In this document: piece after piece, positions 36,727 through 45,617 of the stretch
Layout: every line of letters starts with the position of its first letter
Position numbering within the stretch: the first letter of the stretch is position 1
IMG/VR virus record: IMGVR_UViG_3300018063_000007
Span: 1-50,846 of that record
Source: a virus
Lineage: Duplodnaviria; Caudoviricetes
DNA length: 50,846 nucleotides
Reading direction: 5' to 3' (one strand)
The notes under the pieces: generated by a model
The model's input: the letters and a program-made list of their open reading frames with translations, nothing else
Told to the model about the DNA's origin: nothing
The model's database searches: none
Position numbers and translations under genes: made by a program

Positions 36727-38107
36727 TACCGAGATTCTCCACTTCTCGCCGTTTGCGCGTCGCACCGAAGCCCCACCACATGAATACACGGCGTTTACGG
36801 TCGAAGGCTGCTGAACTGCCGAGCGAGAAGTCCAGCGCAGCGTAGAGTTGGTCAATCGCGCCGCTCAGCCGCACAGCGTGGATGCCCCCAGTGCCGCTCT
36901 CATACCGCTCGATGCGGTATACGCCATCGCGGGAGGCGAACATGATTGCGTTCTCGACCGCTATCACTGATCCAGGAGCGAAGCACCCAATACCGATACG
37001 GTGGCCACCACCAGCAGCCAGCACGGGCACAGGCTTGTACTCCTCGAACACCTCGCCAGCAATGGCCCACGTCCCAACTTCCTTGAATGCGACGAGCCAC
37101 TCGTGCATGGAGCTAAGGGCAGCGAGCCTGTCACCGTCCCCATGAGCCACGGGGATTTCGTTATCATCGGGCCAGCCCTCAGGCACCATGTAGTCGGGGT
37201 GTTGGTTAGAAAAGCGCACGAGTGAGAGGTCGTCGATCATCACAGCGGCGAGTTGGCCTCGATGCTCTGCGAGCGCTGAGAACGGGTGAGGAGGCGGTGT
37301 GTTGACTAGCTCCTCGGCGGGCGTGCGTCCTTCGAGCACAGCATCCGACGTAGTATCGGTGATGTCATTGCCAATGTCAGCAGTCCCAATGAATCGGTAA
37401 CTACCACGCGAGGCATTCGTGCGATAGAGGGACCATTTGGTGACCTGGGGGTCGTTGTAGTTTGCTGGATCGGTAGGTGAGGAGAACGTGTTCGTCTGAC
37501 ACGTTGTATTGGTGACGGTGAGTGGATTCTCGTTAAGGTCACTTTCGTGCCACGGAGAGCTGAGCGTCCACTTGTAATCGCGCTTGCCAGCCTCGATACA
37601 GTTGGGGGCGACGCCAGCGGCTATGACGGGCGCGCCTGGCGGCATGAGCATCGTCTTAATGCCCACGCGCGTCAGCGCTTGGGTTACACCATCGTACTTG
37701 AGGTTGGGGTTTAGCCCGTCGTAGATGAAGGTGAGGTTTTGCCCGCCTGAGATAGAAAGGAAGTTGACCTTAAGCGGCGTCGCCCGAGTTTGCTCGTCAT
37801 CAGGCATGCTAGTGAGCAAAAGCTCCACTGGATCGGCACCAGGCAAGAGTCGATAGAGTTTCTCACCAGCAGCAACAATGAGTTCACGGGTACCATCCTC
37901 ATAGACATGCCATCCGTGGCCGCGAATAGGATCGGGGAAGGGTATAGCGTGGATGGGGCGTAGGCCGGGGCGGCCCGCGAGAATGCCCCCAGGGACGTAG
38001 ACGTTTAGTGCCTCTCTTAGATAGCCGGCTTGATGTTTACGGGGGTGCTCGCGGGCGAGAATGCCACGAAAGTAGGTGTCCTGAGTTTGAGCGGCGCGAG
38101 TAGCCAC
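36719..38107 (-). CDS. Tail nozzle / stabilisation protein, N-terminal piece (beta-propeller, gp10-like)
   Basis: ALNVY...RPG start, WSLYRT, AEHRGQL, VRFS, LVAFKE, IGCFAPGSV, FASRDGVY; ends at AAFDRKRRVFMWW. Confidence 0.7.
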   Translation of the reverse strand: MATRAAQTQDTYFRGILAREHPRKHQAGYLREALNVYVPGGILAGRPGLRPIHAIPFPDPIRGHGWHVYEDGTRELIVAAGEKLYRLLPGADPVELLLTSMPDDEQTRATPLKVNFLSISGGQNLTFIYDGLNPNLKYDGVTQALTRVGIKTMLMPPGAPVIAAGVAPNCIEAGKRDYKWTLSSPWHESDLNENPLTVTNTTCQTNTFSSPTDPANYNDPQVTKWSLYRTNASRGSYRFIGTADIGNDITDTTSDAVLEGRTPAEELVNTPPPHPFSALAEHRGQLAAVMIDDLSLVRFSNQHPDYMVPEGWPDDNEIPVAHGDGDRLAALSSMHEWLVAFKEVGTWAIAGEVFEEYKPVPVLAAGGGHRIGIGCFAPGSVIAVENAIMFASRDGVYRIERYESGTGGIHAVRLSGAIDQLYAALDFSLGSSAAFDRKRRVFMWWGFGATRKRREVENLGNE

Positions 38108-38113
38108 ACTACG

Positions 38114-38479
38114 TTAGCTCCCAAACGAGAGCGACGAGACGGTTGGGCGCCCAGAAAACGCGACGGTGATGTAAGTACCAGCGCCAGTCGTGATAACAGT
38201 GAGGCCCTTCGAGAATGTCACTGGGCCGTCAAACTGAATCCCAAGCACTGACGTGTTGACCGTAGCGATGAGCGTGGTGTCGTCGGTAGTACCACCAGCG
38301 GGGGTGTCATAAAACTTAGCGAGGGTGCCAACCACGCCGACGTTCACGCGCGCAAGTACGCCGCCACCAGCAGCAACCATTACCTCAGTGCCATCGCCCT
38401 TAAGTTGTGCGTATTGATACTCACCAAGTGAGTAACTTGGGTTGCGGTTTGTTGGTCCGTAGACTGCGGTGAGTGCCAT
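38114..38479 (-). CDS. Small beta-sandwich virion protein, similar to 40756..41220
   Basis: VAAGGGVLARVNV...FYD...VTFSKGLTV. Confidence 0.55.
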   Translation of the reverse strand: MALTAVYGPTNRNPSYSLGEYQYAQLKGDGTEVMVAAGGGVLARVNVGVVGTLAKFYDTPAGGTTDDTTLIATVNTSVLGIQFDGPVTFSKGLTVITTGAGTYITVAFSGRPTVSSLSFGS

Positions 38480-38491
38480 TAGTTCTCCTAA

Positions 38492-39253
38492 CTACGCGAT
38501 GAAATCTTCCAAAAATCCATCAACCGTTCGTGTATCCTTCACCTGTCGCGGCCCGGCGGCCCTCGTCACCATGTCCAGCTTGTCTGAATAGTCGGCGCCA
38601 GCGATGTTTACTTCGTCGGCGATCCCCTGCTTCCGATAACAGTCGAGCACCACATAGCTAATCACGGCGTCGAGCATGATGTCGTTGAAACCCGAGCCTT
38701 CGAAGGTATCGCGGCCAATGAGGGTGCGTGGGCCTTGGATGTAATCGAGGCGCACGTTCTGAGGTTCAGAGAGTTGGGGCGTAGGCCGCACGAGCAAGCG
38801 CGGGCCAGCTTCGCGCCAGATGACTTCCATGACGTAACAGCCACCGGTGTCGGGCGCGAGTTCGTGTTCGAGCTGGCGGAAGTCGCTGTGGGTGATGTCA
38901 CGCATCACGAAACGCGCAATAGGGTCGGCCAACGGATCGGGCACGACCATCTCGAACGCCAACAGTTCGTAGAAGTCGGGTGGCAACTCCATCTCGCTTA
39001 CGTTGGCGGTGAGTTTGAGCGCCGCAGGGTTATATTGGCGCCCGTAGATGCCAAATGGGGCGTCGCTCGACACGATTGAGCGCACGAACCAGTTCTCCTT
39101 GGCCTCGCGCGCTCGTTGCCACACCTTACGCATCCCCCGGTTCATGGACTCGATGATGAATCGGGTGGGCCAGAGGTTGTTGTTGGGGTCGCTGTCTTCG
39201 TCGATCTCGTCGCGCACCCGGCGTACAAGCGTGGAGACGGTCATGTTCGTCAT
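38492..39253 (-). CDS. Head-tail adaptor (tubular A-like)
   Basis: LVRRVRDEIDE...W...ESMN, LPPDF, LLVRPTP; ATGA overlap at 39253. Confidence 0.7.
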   Translation of the reverse strand: MTNMTVSTLVRRVRDEIDEDSDPNNNLWPTRFIIESMNRGMRKVWQRAREAKENWFVRSIVSSDAPFGIYGRQYNPAALKLTANVSEMELPPDFYELLAFEMVVPDPLADPIARFVMRDITHSDFRQLEHELAPDTGGCYVMEVIWREAGPRLLVRPTPQLSEPQNVRLDYIQGPRTLIGRDTFEGSGFNDIMLDAVISYVVLDCYRKQGIADEVNIAGADYSDKLDMVTRAAGPRQVKDTRTVDGFLEDFIA

Positions 39254-39792
39254 CGAGGCACCGCCACGCGCCGCTTCTCCTCCCAACAGAGGTCTTCCCA
39301 CGCCTCACACGCCACATCTCCAGACATTCGCTGCACTTTCGCTTTGTGGTCGCTCACGGCTTTATCGTATCGGGCGTCAGCCTCGTTTGAGCTTAGCTCA
39401 GCGTCACGTGCATGTGTGCCAGTCTGGCCCATCAACTCGGCGGCATTCCACTTGAGGATGAACAAGAACTTGTCGAGCGCGGGCAGGCCATCGCGGCGCC
39501 AACCAGTGTTCACGTAGCTGGGGTCGGTGCGCGGGTCGTACGCCCACAAGAACTGGAATCCATCCTGATAACATGTAAGCGTCTCGGGGGAGGCTTTGCC
39601 AGACTTGAAATGAAGGTAGGTGCGCTCGTCGACTTCTGCACACCCACACCGAAAGCGTTGCTCAACACGCCACCGTTGCTCGTACTCGCTCCACCGCACG
39701 CGGATTGGGGGGATGCCGCACAAGCCCAGGGCGAATTTGTTGTAGCTATCGAGACCTCGGGCGAAATTACTCGGCAGTCGGGGCGTCATCAC
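39250..39792 (-). CDS. Hypothetical structural-region protein
   Basis: 180 aa; VRWS...RWRVE. Confidence 0.6.
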   Translation of the reverse strand: MMTPRLPSNFARGLDSYNKFALGLCGIPPIRVRWSEYEQRWRVEQRFRCGCAEVDERTYLHFKSGKASPETLTCYQDGFQFLWAYDPRTDPSYVNTGWRRDGLPALDKFLFILKWNAAELMGQTGTHARDAELSSNEADARYDKAVSDHKAKVQRMSGDVACEAWEDLCWEEKRRVAVPR

Positions 39793-40249
39793 TCAGTACG
39801 GCCTCGACCAGTTGCGAGTCAGCTTCCTCCAACCCACGATCGGGCGGCGGAGTGCGCTGCCCAAGGGGATTGGTCTTGAACCCACGGCCTTTGAGGGCCA
39901 TCGCGCGGGTGCTGATGTCCATGACCTTGGGGGTGAGCGGTGTGCCATCGTCCGCGAACTTCTGCTCCATCGACTCTAGCGGGAATGACGAGGTTGGCGC
40001 GGCTTCCTCAGAGGTGAGGTCTGGCTTCGTCGGCACGCCATTGATAACGGTGCAGAGGCGCTCAACACGATACTCAGTGAAATGGTCCCACGTCACCGCT
40101 GAGTGGTAGATGTAATGGCGGGCCTCACCCACGGAAGGGATGAGTTTCTCTTCATGCGGCCCCCACACCTCCTCTTTACCGTCGAACGTGACGCTCACGG
40201 GGGCGTCGGTGCGATTGCGGATGACGACTGTTTCGTACCTGCTTGCCAT
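39767..40249 (-). CDS. Hypothetical structural-region protein
   Basis: AAGGAG SD; IRNRTD...TFDG. Confidence 0.65.
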   Translation of the reverse strand: MASRYETVVIRNRTDAPVSVTFDGKEEVWGPHEEKLIPSVGEARHYIYHSAVTWDHFTEYRVERLCTVINGVPTKPDLTSEEAAPTSSFPLESMEQKFADDGTPLTPKVMDISTRAMALKGRGFKTNPLGQRTPPPDRGLEEADSQLVEAVLSDDAPTAE

Positions 40250-40283
40250 AAATGTGTTCTCCTTTGGTCTCCTTTGTGAAAGC

Positions 40284-40326
40284 GAGCCCCCAGGCCGTAA
40301 AGGAGGGCAAACCGGCCTGGAGGCCC
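40284..40326 (-). terminator. Stem-loop after the capsid genes (terminator or processing site)
   Basis: GGGCCTCCAGGCCG pairs with CGGCCTGGGGGCTC, followed by GCTTTC. Confidence 0.5.
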
Positions 40327-40337
40327 CTACTTCCTAA

Positions 40338-40742
40338 CTAAGACTTCAGAGGCTCGACAACCAGCGTCACGATAACGCCGGTGAAATCGTCCCCTGCGGC
40401 CAGGAGCTTGCTTGTGACCACAATGAGTTCGCAAGCATCGAGTTGCTCGCTAACCTTGATGCCACAAGCGCCTTCTGGGCCGGCCCCGGCCGTAACGAGG
40501 GCCACTGAGCCAAGCACCCTGCCTGTGAGGCTTGCTTCTCGTACACGAATGGTAATGCCGTCACCGGCACCAGTCGACGTAAGCACCCCAACAACCACTC
40601 TCTCCAACTCCAAGTTCTCTGGGACTTGGATGACAGCAATCACTGCCTCGGTGTCGGTAGTTGCAACGAGGGCATCGGGGATTGGCCCAACAGTAAGGTA
40701 CTTGCCACCGTACAACTCTCGTTCAATGTCACTTTGTGCCAT
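40338..40742 (-). CDS. Putative capsid decoration protein
   Basis: Beta-rich 134 aa downstream of the capsid gene; AAGGAGG SD. Confidence 0.55.
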   Translation of the reverse strand: MAQSDIERELYGGKYLTVGPIPDALVATTDTEAVIAVIQVPENLELERVVVGVLTSTGAGDGITIRVREASLTGRVLGSVALVTAGAGPEGACGIKVSEQLDACELIVVTSKLLAAGDDFTGVIVTLVVEPLKS

Positions 40743-40755
40743 TATTCATTCCTCC

Positions 40756-41220
40756 TTATGACCACACAACGTCGATAGCAACGGGGTCGGTGGCGTCGAG
40801 GTCGGTAGTCCCATCAACGGCTTGGTTTGCCACGACGTTGATGCTCGTACCGCATTCGATGCCGTTGTCTTCAGTGAGATAGACAGTCTCCGAGGACTGT
40901 CGTACTTTGCACCACACACGTGCGCGGATGACCGTGCCATCGAGAATGTCAACTGAGGCGTTGGCAGTTGCCTCGACCCCAGCCGAATCAGCGTTGGACT
41001 TCACCCGGATTCCATACACCCTGCCAGGCGAGCCCTTGATGACAGTGGCGGTTGCGTTCGTACCGGAGGGCACAGCCGTATAATTCGGCTCTGCAACCTC
41101 TCGGCGCTCCACAAGGCGCTCGAAATGCTCCTTGAGAGCGAACAACCACGCACTCGTGAGACGGCCAGTCTTGTACTGGTCGCGTGCGATGAATGAGAAG
41201 AACTTGTCTGCGATAGCCAT
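40756..41220 (-). CDS. Putative capsid decoration protein
   Basis: Directly after the capsid gene; VIKGSPGRVYGI. Confidence 0.55.
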   Translation of the reverse strand: MAIADKFFSFIARDQYKTGRLTSAWLFALKEHFERLVERREVAEPNYTAVPSGTNATATVIKGSPGRVYGIRVKSNADSAGVEATANASVDILDGTVIRARVWCKVRQSSETVYLTEDNGIECGTSINVVANQAVDGTTDLDATDPVAIDVVWS

Positions 41221-41232
41221 GTCGTTCTCCTC

Positions 41233-42531
41233 TTACCTTACGTGCACAACCACTTTGTTGGTCGAAATCCCGGAGAGCTTCGCGCTCGCGTGCGAGTTCT
41301 GATTAGCGAAGTTGCCTGCCCACTCGAACACCGCCTCGTAGGCGTCCTGGCCCATGATCGGGCGCAGCACGTCTCCACCCTTGTCGACCCACTGGCCGGG
41401 GGTGTTCTCGTACCGCTTGAACCAGCGCTTGTCGACGAAGTACATGATGTCGTAGTCGCAGTCGCGGTCCACCTTAACGGGGTACCCGCTGAACTCCACG
41501 TCCTTCGTAAGAGCCTGGCCCTTGAAGCCGCCGTCGTGGTCGTTGGCCCCACCGCTAGAGATGTACATACGGTTTGCGGAGAGGATCGCTTGATAGGCTC
41601 GACGAACGGAGTGTTCGCACCAGTATTCGCGGATCATCGAGTTACCAAGCTGGGAGGCCACGTCGAGGGCTTGCTGCATGACATCGGTGTTGAGCGCACC
41701 CACGGAGCCAATCACAGTCGAGCGGCAGATGTCTTGCTCGGTGCGGTTGATGCCGTGGTAGTTGTTGACGAACTCACCATCGTCGATGTGTCCACGCATG
41801 CCCATCGGGTCGAGGTTGAAGTGTGCATCGGCAACCTCGGTGATGTTCATGGTCGGGGCAAGGACGATGATCGCGTTGTCGGGGGCCTGAACTGCTGAGA
41901 GGGGGCTGTTGACGGTCACGCGATTGCCGTCGTTCGTACCGGCGAAGCCAACTTCGGTCACCCGACGCACAGCGAGGACGGCCGAGCCGTCGGCGCTAAG
42001 GATGGCGATTTTCTGGCCTCGGTTGAGGAAACGGGCGCCGTTCACAGCGCCGGGGACGCCACCAGGAGCATCGACGATCAACTCAGTGGTGTCGGTGGCT
42101 GCGCCATTCTTAAGGGCTTGGATGCCCCGACCATCGGCCCACATGATCTGATTCATGAGGTCGGTGAAGTCGGTACGGGCACCCTCGCTCTCAAGCGAGA
42201 AGGTCTGCTTGTACGCGCCCTTGTTGGTCTTGGAGACCTTCATGGACACGCCAGACAGGAAGATGCGCGAGTAACCGAACCGGCAAGGGATACGCATGTT
42301 GATGCCGGTCTGGGGCTGCGGCTCAGGGAGCGGGCCGAGTTCGCGAACGAAGCCGGCGCCGTAGTTACGCCCGGAGTGGAGCGCAACGGTGATGTAGTCC
42401 TTGCCTTCCCAGGTCATGCTTGGAACTTTCTGGAACATGTTCCACGCAGCAACCTCGGTCGGCAAAAGTTCGATGTACGTCGGTTCGTAGACGTACTTGA
42501 GAAGGTAACTAGCAGTCGTGGTATCAGCCAT
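41233..42531 (-). CDS. Major capsid protein
   Basis: 432 aa after the scaffold; LLKYVY, E.GPLP, WADGRG, FSGYPVKVDRDC, QDAYEA. Confidence 0.85.
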   Translation of the reverse strand: MADTTTASYLLKYVYEPTYIELLPTEVAAWNMFQKVPSMTWEGKDYITVALHSGRNYGAGFVRELGPLPEPQPQTGINMRIPCRFGYSRIFLSGVSMKVSKTNKGAYKQTFSLESEGARTDFTDLMNQIMWADGRGIQALKNGAATDTTELIVDAPGGVPGAVNGARFLNRGQKIAILSADGSAVLAVRRVTEVGFAGTNDGNRVTVNSPLSAVQAPDNAIIVLAPTMNITEVADAHFNLDPMGMRGHIDDGEFVNNYHGINRTEQDICRSTVIGSVGALNTDVMQQALDVASQLGNSMIREYWCEHSVRRAYQAILSANRMYISSGGANDHDGGFKGQALTKDVEFSGYPVKVDRDCDYDIMYFVDKRWFKRYENTPGQWVDKGGDVLRPIMGQDAYEAVFEWAGNFANQNSHASAKLSGISTNKVVVHVR

Positions 42532-42552
42532 TCTATCCTCTGTGCGCTAAGG

Positions 42553-43473
42553 CTATTCTGAAGCGAGCACCCTATCAGTTTCGCGGTCCTGCCAGTTCCG
42601 AAGGTCTGCAAGCCACTTGTCGGTGCCGGCTTCGTGCTTAGAGCTGAAGCCTTCGCCTCGGGTGGTTGGGCCTTCGCTGGTGGTTGCTCGACTCAGATTT
42701 GCCTCGCGGCGTTGTTTGACTTTTTCGATGTCTCGTGCCCCAAGTGCCGTCGCTACTGGGATGAACAAGTCGCCCTTAACGGAGTTGAAGACTTGGGTGA
42801 TAACTTTGCGTTGGAGTTGGGGGTCCCAAAACGCTTCAAGCATGGTCTCGTTGCCAGGTTCATTGATGTCGTGGCCAACGAGGTCCTTGATGCGCATGAG
42901 GGTCTTGTCGCTCGGCTCGGAGCCGAACTCCTCTTTGTAGAGCGAACGCAAGTGCTCCAGCCCGGCCGTATTGTGCGAACGGGCGTAGATTTGACGATCG
43001 CGCTCGGAAGCGTCGATCTCTGCAAAAAGCCCTGGGCGCCGAGACTCCAATCGACGAATAATTTCGTCGGTGAGTGCTTCGTCGCGGCTGTCGCGCGTTG
43101 CTGCGAGACGTTCGGCCTCTTGCTGCGCGAGGTAGTCAGCTTCAGCTTTCTCGTACTCAGCGAGTCGAGACAGCTTTGATTTGGCTTCCTCGGGCGTGTA
43201 CCCAAGCTCACGATACTCTTTCTCGCGCTTAGCGCGCTCGTTGAGTTGCGTGAACCGCTTGCGAAGCCCGGCCGGGATACCTGAGAAATCTGCATCGCCC
43301 GTATCGTCGGCGTCACGGTCAGTTTTCTCGGCTCCAATGCCTGGTTCGTCATCGTCGGTTTCGTCGCTTGGTTTAGCATCACTTGCTACTGTGCTCGTTG
43401 CTGCACCTTCGTCGTCCCCCTCCAACTTCCAAGGGGCGTCCTCCCTTTCTGGCTCTCTGTACCCGTACCGCAT
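42553..43473 (-). CDS. Capsid scaffolding protein
   Basis: Acidic disordered N-terminus, IP..RKRFTQLNERAK coiled coil, directly before the capsid gene. Confidence 0.75.
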   Translation of the reverse strand: MRYGYREPEREDAPWKLEGDDEGAATSTVASDAKPSDETDDDEPGIGAEKTDRDADDTGDADFSGIPAGLRKRFTQLNERAKREKEYRELGYTPEEAKSKLSRLAEYEKAEADYLAQQEAERLAATRDSRDEALTDEIIRRLESRRPGLFAEIDASERDRQIYARSHNTAGLEHLRSLYKEEFGSEPSDKTLMRIKDLVGHDINEPGNETMLEAFWDPQLQRKVITQVFNSVKGDLFIPVATALGARDIEKVKQRREANLSRATTSEGPTTRGEGFSSKHEAGTDKWLADLRNWQDRETDRVLASE

Positions 43474-43546
43474 GGCGTTGTCTCCTCTCGGTTTTTACCG
43501 TGGTTCCGGGCCACGCGAGGCGCTCAGCGCCCTCTTAGTCTTACTA

Positions 43547-43575
43547 TCGTTATACTAGATCAAACACTGTGTCAA
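43547..43575 (-). promoter_or_regulatory. Promoter candidate upstream of scaffold and capsid genes
   Basis: CTTGACACAGTGTTTGATCTAGTATAAC shares an extended motif with 45383-45411. Confidence 0.5.
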
Positions 43576-43967
43576 GTGACCAACAACCTCCGTACCTTCA
43601 CGTTGTCGGTGACGCTAGGATTCGTGATACGCAGGCGCGTGATGAGAAGGCCGGTCGATGGGTTGGCACCACTGAGAAAGCACGGGAAACCTTCACGCAG
43701 CCCAGTGCTGAAAGTGGTGAGACCATCAAAAATCTCAAGTGTGACCTCACCATCTAGGGCAATGATGCCGGCCCAGGTAAACGCGGTGAGTGGGCCAGCA
43801 GTGTTCACCCAAATGACAGTGTTGGTCGCCGCTGCAACAATGTCGTAAAGCTGGTCATCCTTCTTCGTGAGGCTGTCGATAGAAGGGGGGGTCGTTCCCT
43901 GAGTGAAAACGGCCTCCTCACCCCCTATGAAGATTCGAAAGTCAAACCTGCCTACGAGTGTTGCCAC
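43572..43967 (-). CDS. Hypothetical beta-rich protein
   Basis: 131-aa ORF abutting 43968. Confidence 0.6.
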   Translation of the reverse strand: MATLVGRFDFRIFIGGEEAVFTQGTTPPSIDSLTKKDDQLYDIVAAATNTVIWVNTAGPLTAFTWAGIIALDGEVTLEIFDGLTTFSTGLREGFPCFLSGANPSTGLLITRLRITNPSVTDNVKVRRLLVT

Positions 43968-44270
43968 TTACGGCGTTGAAGTTGCCGTTGGTGTTGGGGT
44001 AGCTGTGGCAGTGGCGGTCGGGGTCGCGGTCGCGGTACTCGTAGCGAACGAACACGCTCCACAGCCCGAAATCACTCGACGGCTACCGTTCTGGCACGAG
44101 TAGATGCAACAATCACCCTTCGCGCCGTAAAGGCCAACGTCAGCAGCACCACACGTAGGCTGCACCGAGGGGCGTGGGAGCCCCATGATGAACGGGCCGT
44201 CCGCGCGTACAGGCACGACTGCGCACACCGCCAGCGTAATGAGGAACACAATAGCGAGAAATGCTTTCAT
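43968..44270 (-). CDS. Small secreted Cys-rich protein with Pro-Thr tail
   Basis: AGGAGG SD; signal MKAFLAIVFLITLAVCAVVPVRA; 6 Cys; [14 protein letters not shown]. Confidence 0.75.
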   Translation of the reverse strand: MKAFLAIVFLITLAVCAVVPVRADGPFIMGLPRPSVQPTCGAADVGLYGAKGDCCIYSCQNGSRRVISGCGACSFATSTATATPTATATATPTPTATSTP

Positions 44271-44278
44271 CGTTCCTC

Positions 44279-44963
44279 CTATGAAGGGATCGCCGAGCTA
44301 ACGACGACGGCGTTCTGGTCGTCGTTGATCGTCAGGTAAGCGGTTTCGCCCTGGGCGTTTCTTAGCTCAAGCACGGTCTGGCCGGACTTGCCTCGAATGA
44401 CGCCGAGTAGTGTACCAACCTTATCGATGAAGACATGCCGGTCTTGCTGGCCGTTCGCCGCGTTTGCGGTAACGCCATCGCCGGTGTAGTCCTTGCGGGC
44501 CGCACCAGTCATGCGCTTTGCTTCGGGGAAGTTTTCGACAACTGTGACTGCCATTTTGGTCTCCTTAGCCTATGTACTGCTTGTTCATGTAGTGTGCGAA
44601 TTGCTGCTGAGCGGCGCAGAGGACACCAACCGCATCTGGAGTAGCCTTTTGGCCGGTGTAGCCAAGGGCGGTGATTACAGCGGCGATCGTGCCGTCTTCG
44701 TAGTAAGCGGCGAGTGCGTCGGCGCCGTCCTGGGACTCTACGGCGAATTCGACGAGAAGTTGAGCGAGAGTTTTCATGCGTTACTCCTTAAAGGCTTTGC
44801 GGTGCGGGAGTTTCTTCTTGACGTTGGTAGCGAGCTGGCTGATAGCGGTGAGGGCTTGGGGTGCGCTCACGGTGGATTTAGAGCGGGCGAACTCGGGGAG
44901 CACTTCAGGCGCAGCGACAGCCGGTGGCGCGGGGTAGACAAGTCGGCGTTGGGTACGAGACAC
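44279..44963 (-). other. Three small genes (44279..44554, 44565..44777, 44781..44963)
   Basis: AAGGAG SDs before 44554 and 44777; tight spacing. Confidence 0.6.
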
Positions 44964-44965
44964 AG

Positions 44966-45139
44966 CTAATCGGCGAACGCCCTACGTTTCTTTGCTACGT
45001 ACTTCTTACGGGCTTCGGGCGACGTGCCCTTGATGGTGCCTTTACGTTCACTGGCGTAGAAGACCTGTTCACCTTTCTTGCTGCCATACTGCTTCTTCAT
45101 GGCAGACTTTATCTTCTGGCCCTTCTCGGTAAGCGGCAC
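44966..45139 (-). CDS. Small basic conserved phage protein (MPLTxKGxKI...YG.KKGEQVFYAS family)
   Basis: Hand-translated 57 aa; absent from the ORF track. Confidence 0.75.
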   Translation of the reverse strand: MPLTEKGQKIKSAMKKQYGSKKGEQVFYASERKGTIKGTSPEARKKYVAKKRRAFAD

Positions 45140-45141
45140 GC

Positions 45142-45366
45142 CTAACGCCCAAACGCCTGTGGGAGTGGGATCTTGCGGCCAGGTGGGCGTAGGCCGGGAG
45201 CGTTGACCTTGCCGGGCATTGGCCGGCGCCCAGGCGCCTGACGACCCCCACGTGGAATAGCCATAGTAGGGGCGGGGCTTGGGCCAGCCTGACCAGGCGG
45301 GCGCTGTCCACCAGGCATCGGCGAATAGGGCATCGGGGGCTTAGCGCTAGATCTGTATGCAGCCAT
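45142..45366 (-). CDS. Pro/Gly/Arg-rich small protein
   Basis: AAGGAG SD; follows the promoter at 45383. Confidence 0.6.
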   Translation of the reverse strand: MAAYRSSAKPPMPYSPMPGGQRPPGQAGPSPAPTMAIPRGGRQAPGRRPMPGKVNAPGLRPPGRKIPLPQAFGR

Positions 45367-45382
45367 TCAATTCTCCTTGGGG

Positions 45383-45411
45383 ACCATATATTAGAACAAC
45401 GTTTGTGTCAA
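45383..45411 (-). promoter_or_regulatory. Sigma70-like promoter
   Basis: TTGACA-N17-TATGGT. Confidence 0.55.
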
Positions 45412-45617
45412 GCATATCGTGCCTTGGTGCAAGCGTAGCAAAAGAGCGCTCTATGGTGGGAGGCGCCCACAAGTGGACAGGGGGGCGTTTCCCACTTTTG
45501 CGTGTTTCGCGCATGGGCTGGTTGCAAAGCGGCAGTGGCCTTCACAGCGGCGGACATTGGCATGGACTTTGCTAACCTGGGACCACAACCTGGGCATTTC
45601 AACTTCGTAACGCGCAT
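45408..45617 (-). CDS. Small zinc-ribbon protein
   Basis: TAATG junction with the portal gene; CPGC...CYAC. Confidence 0.45.
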   Translation of the reverse strand: MRVTKLKCPGCGPRLAKSMPMSAAVKATAALQPAHARNTQKWETPPCPLVGASHHRALFCYACTKARYA

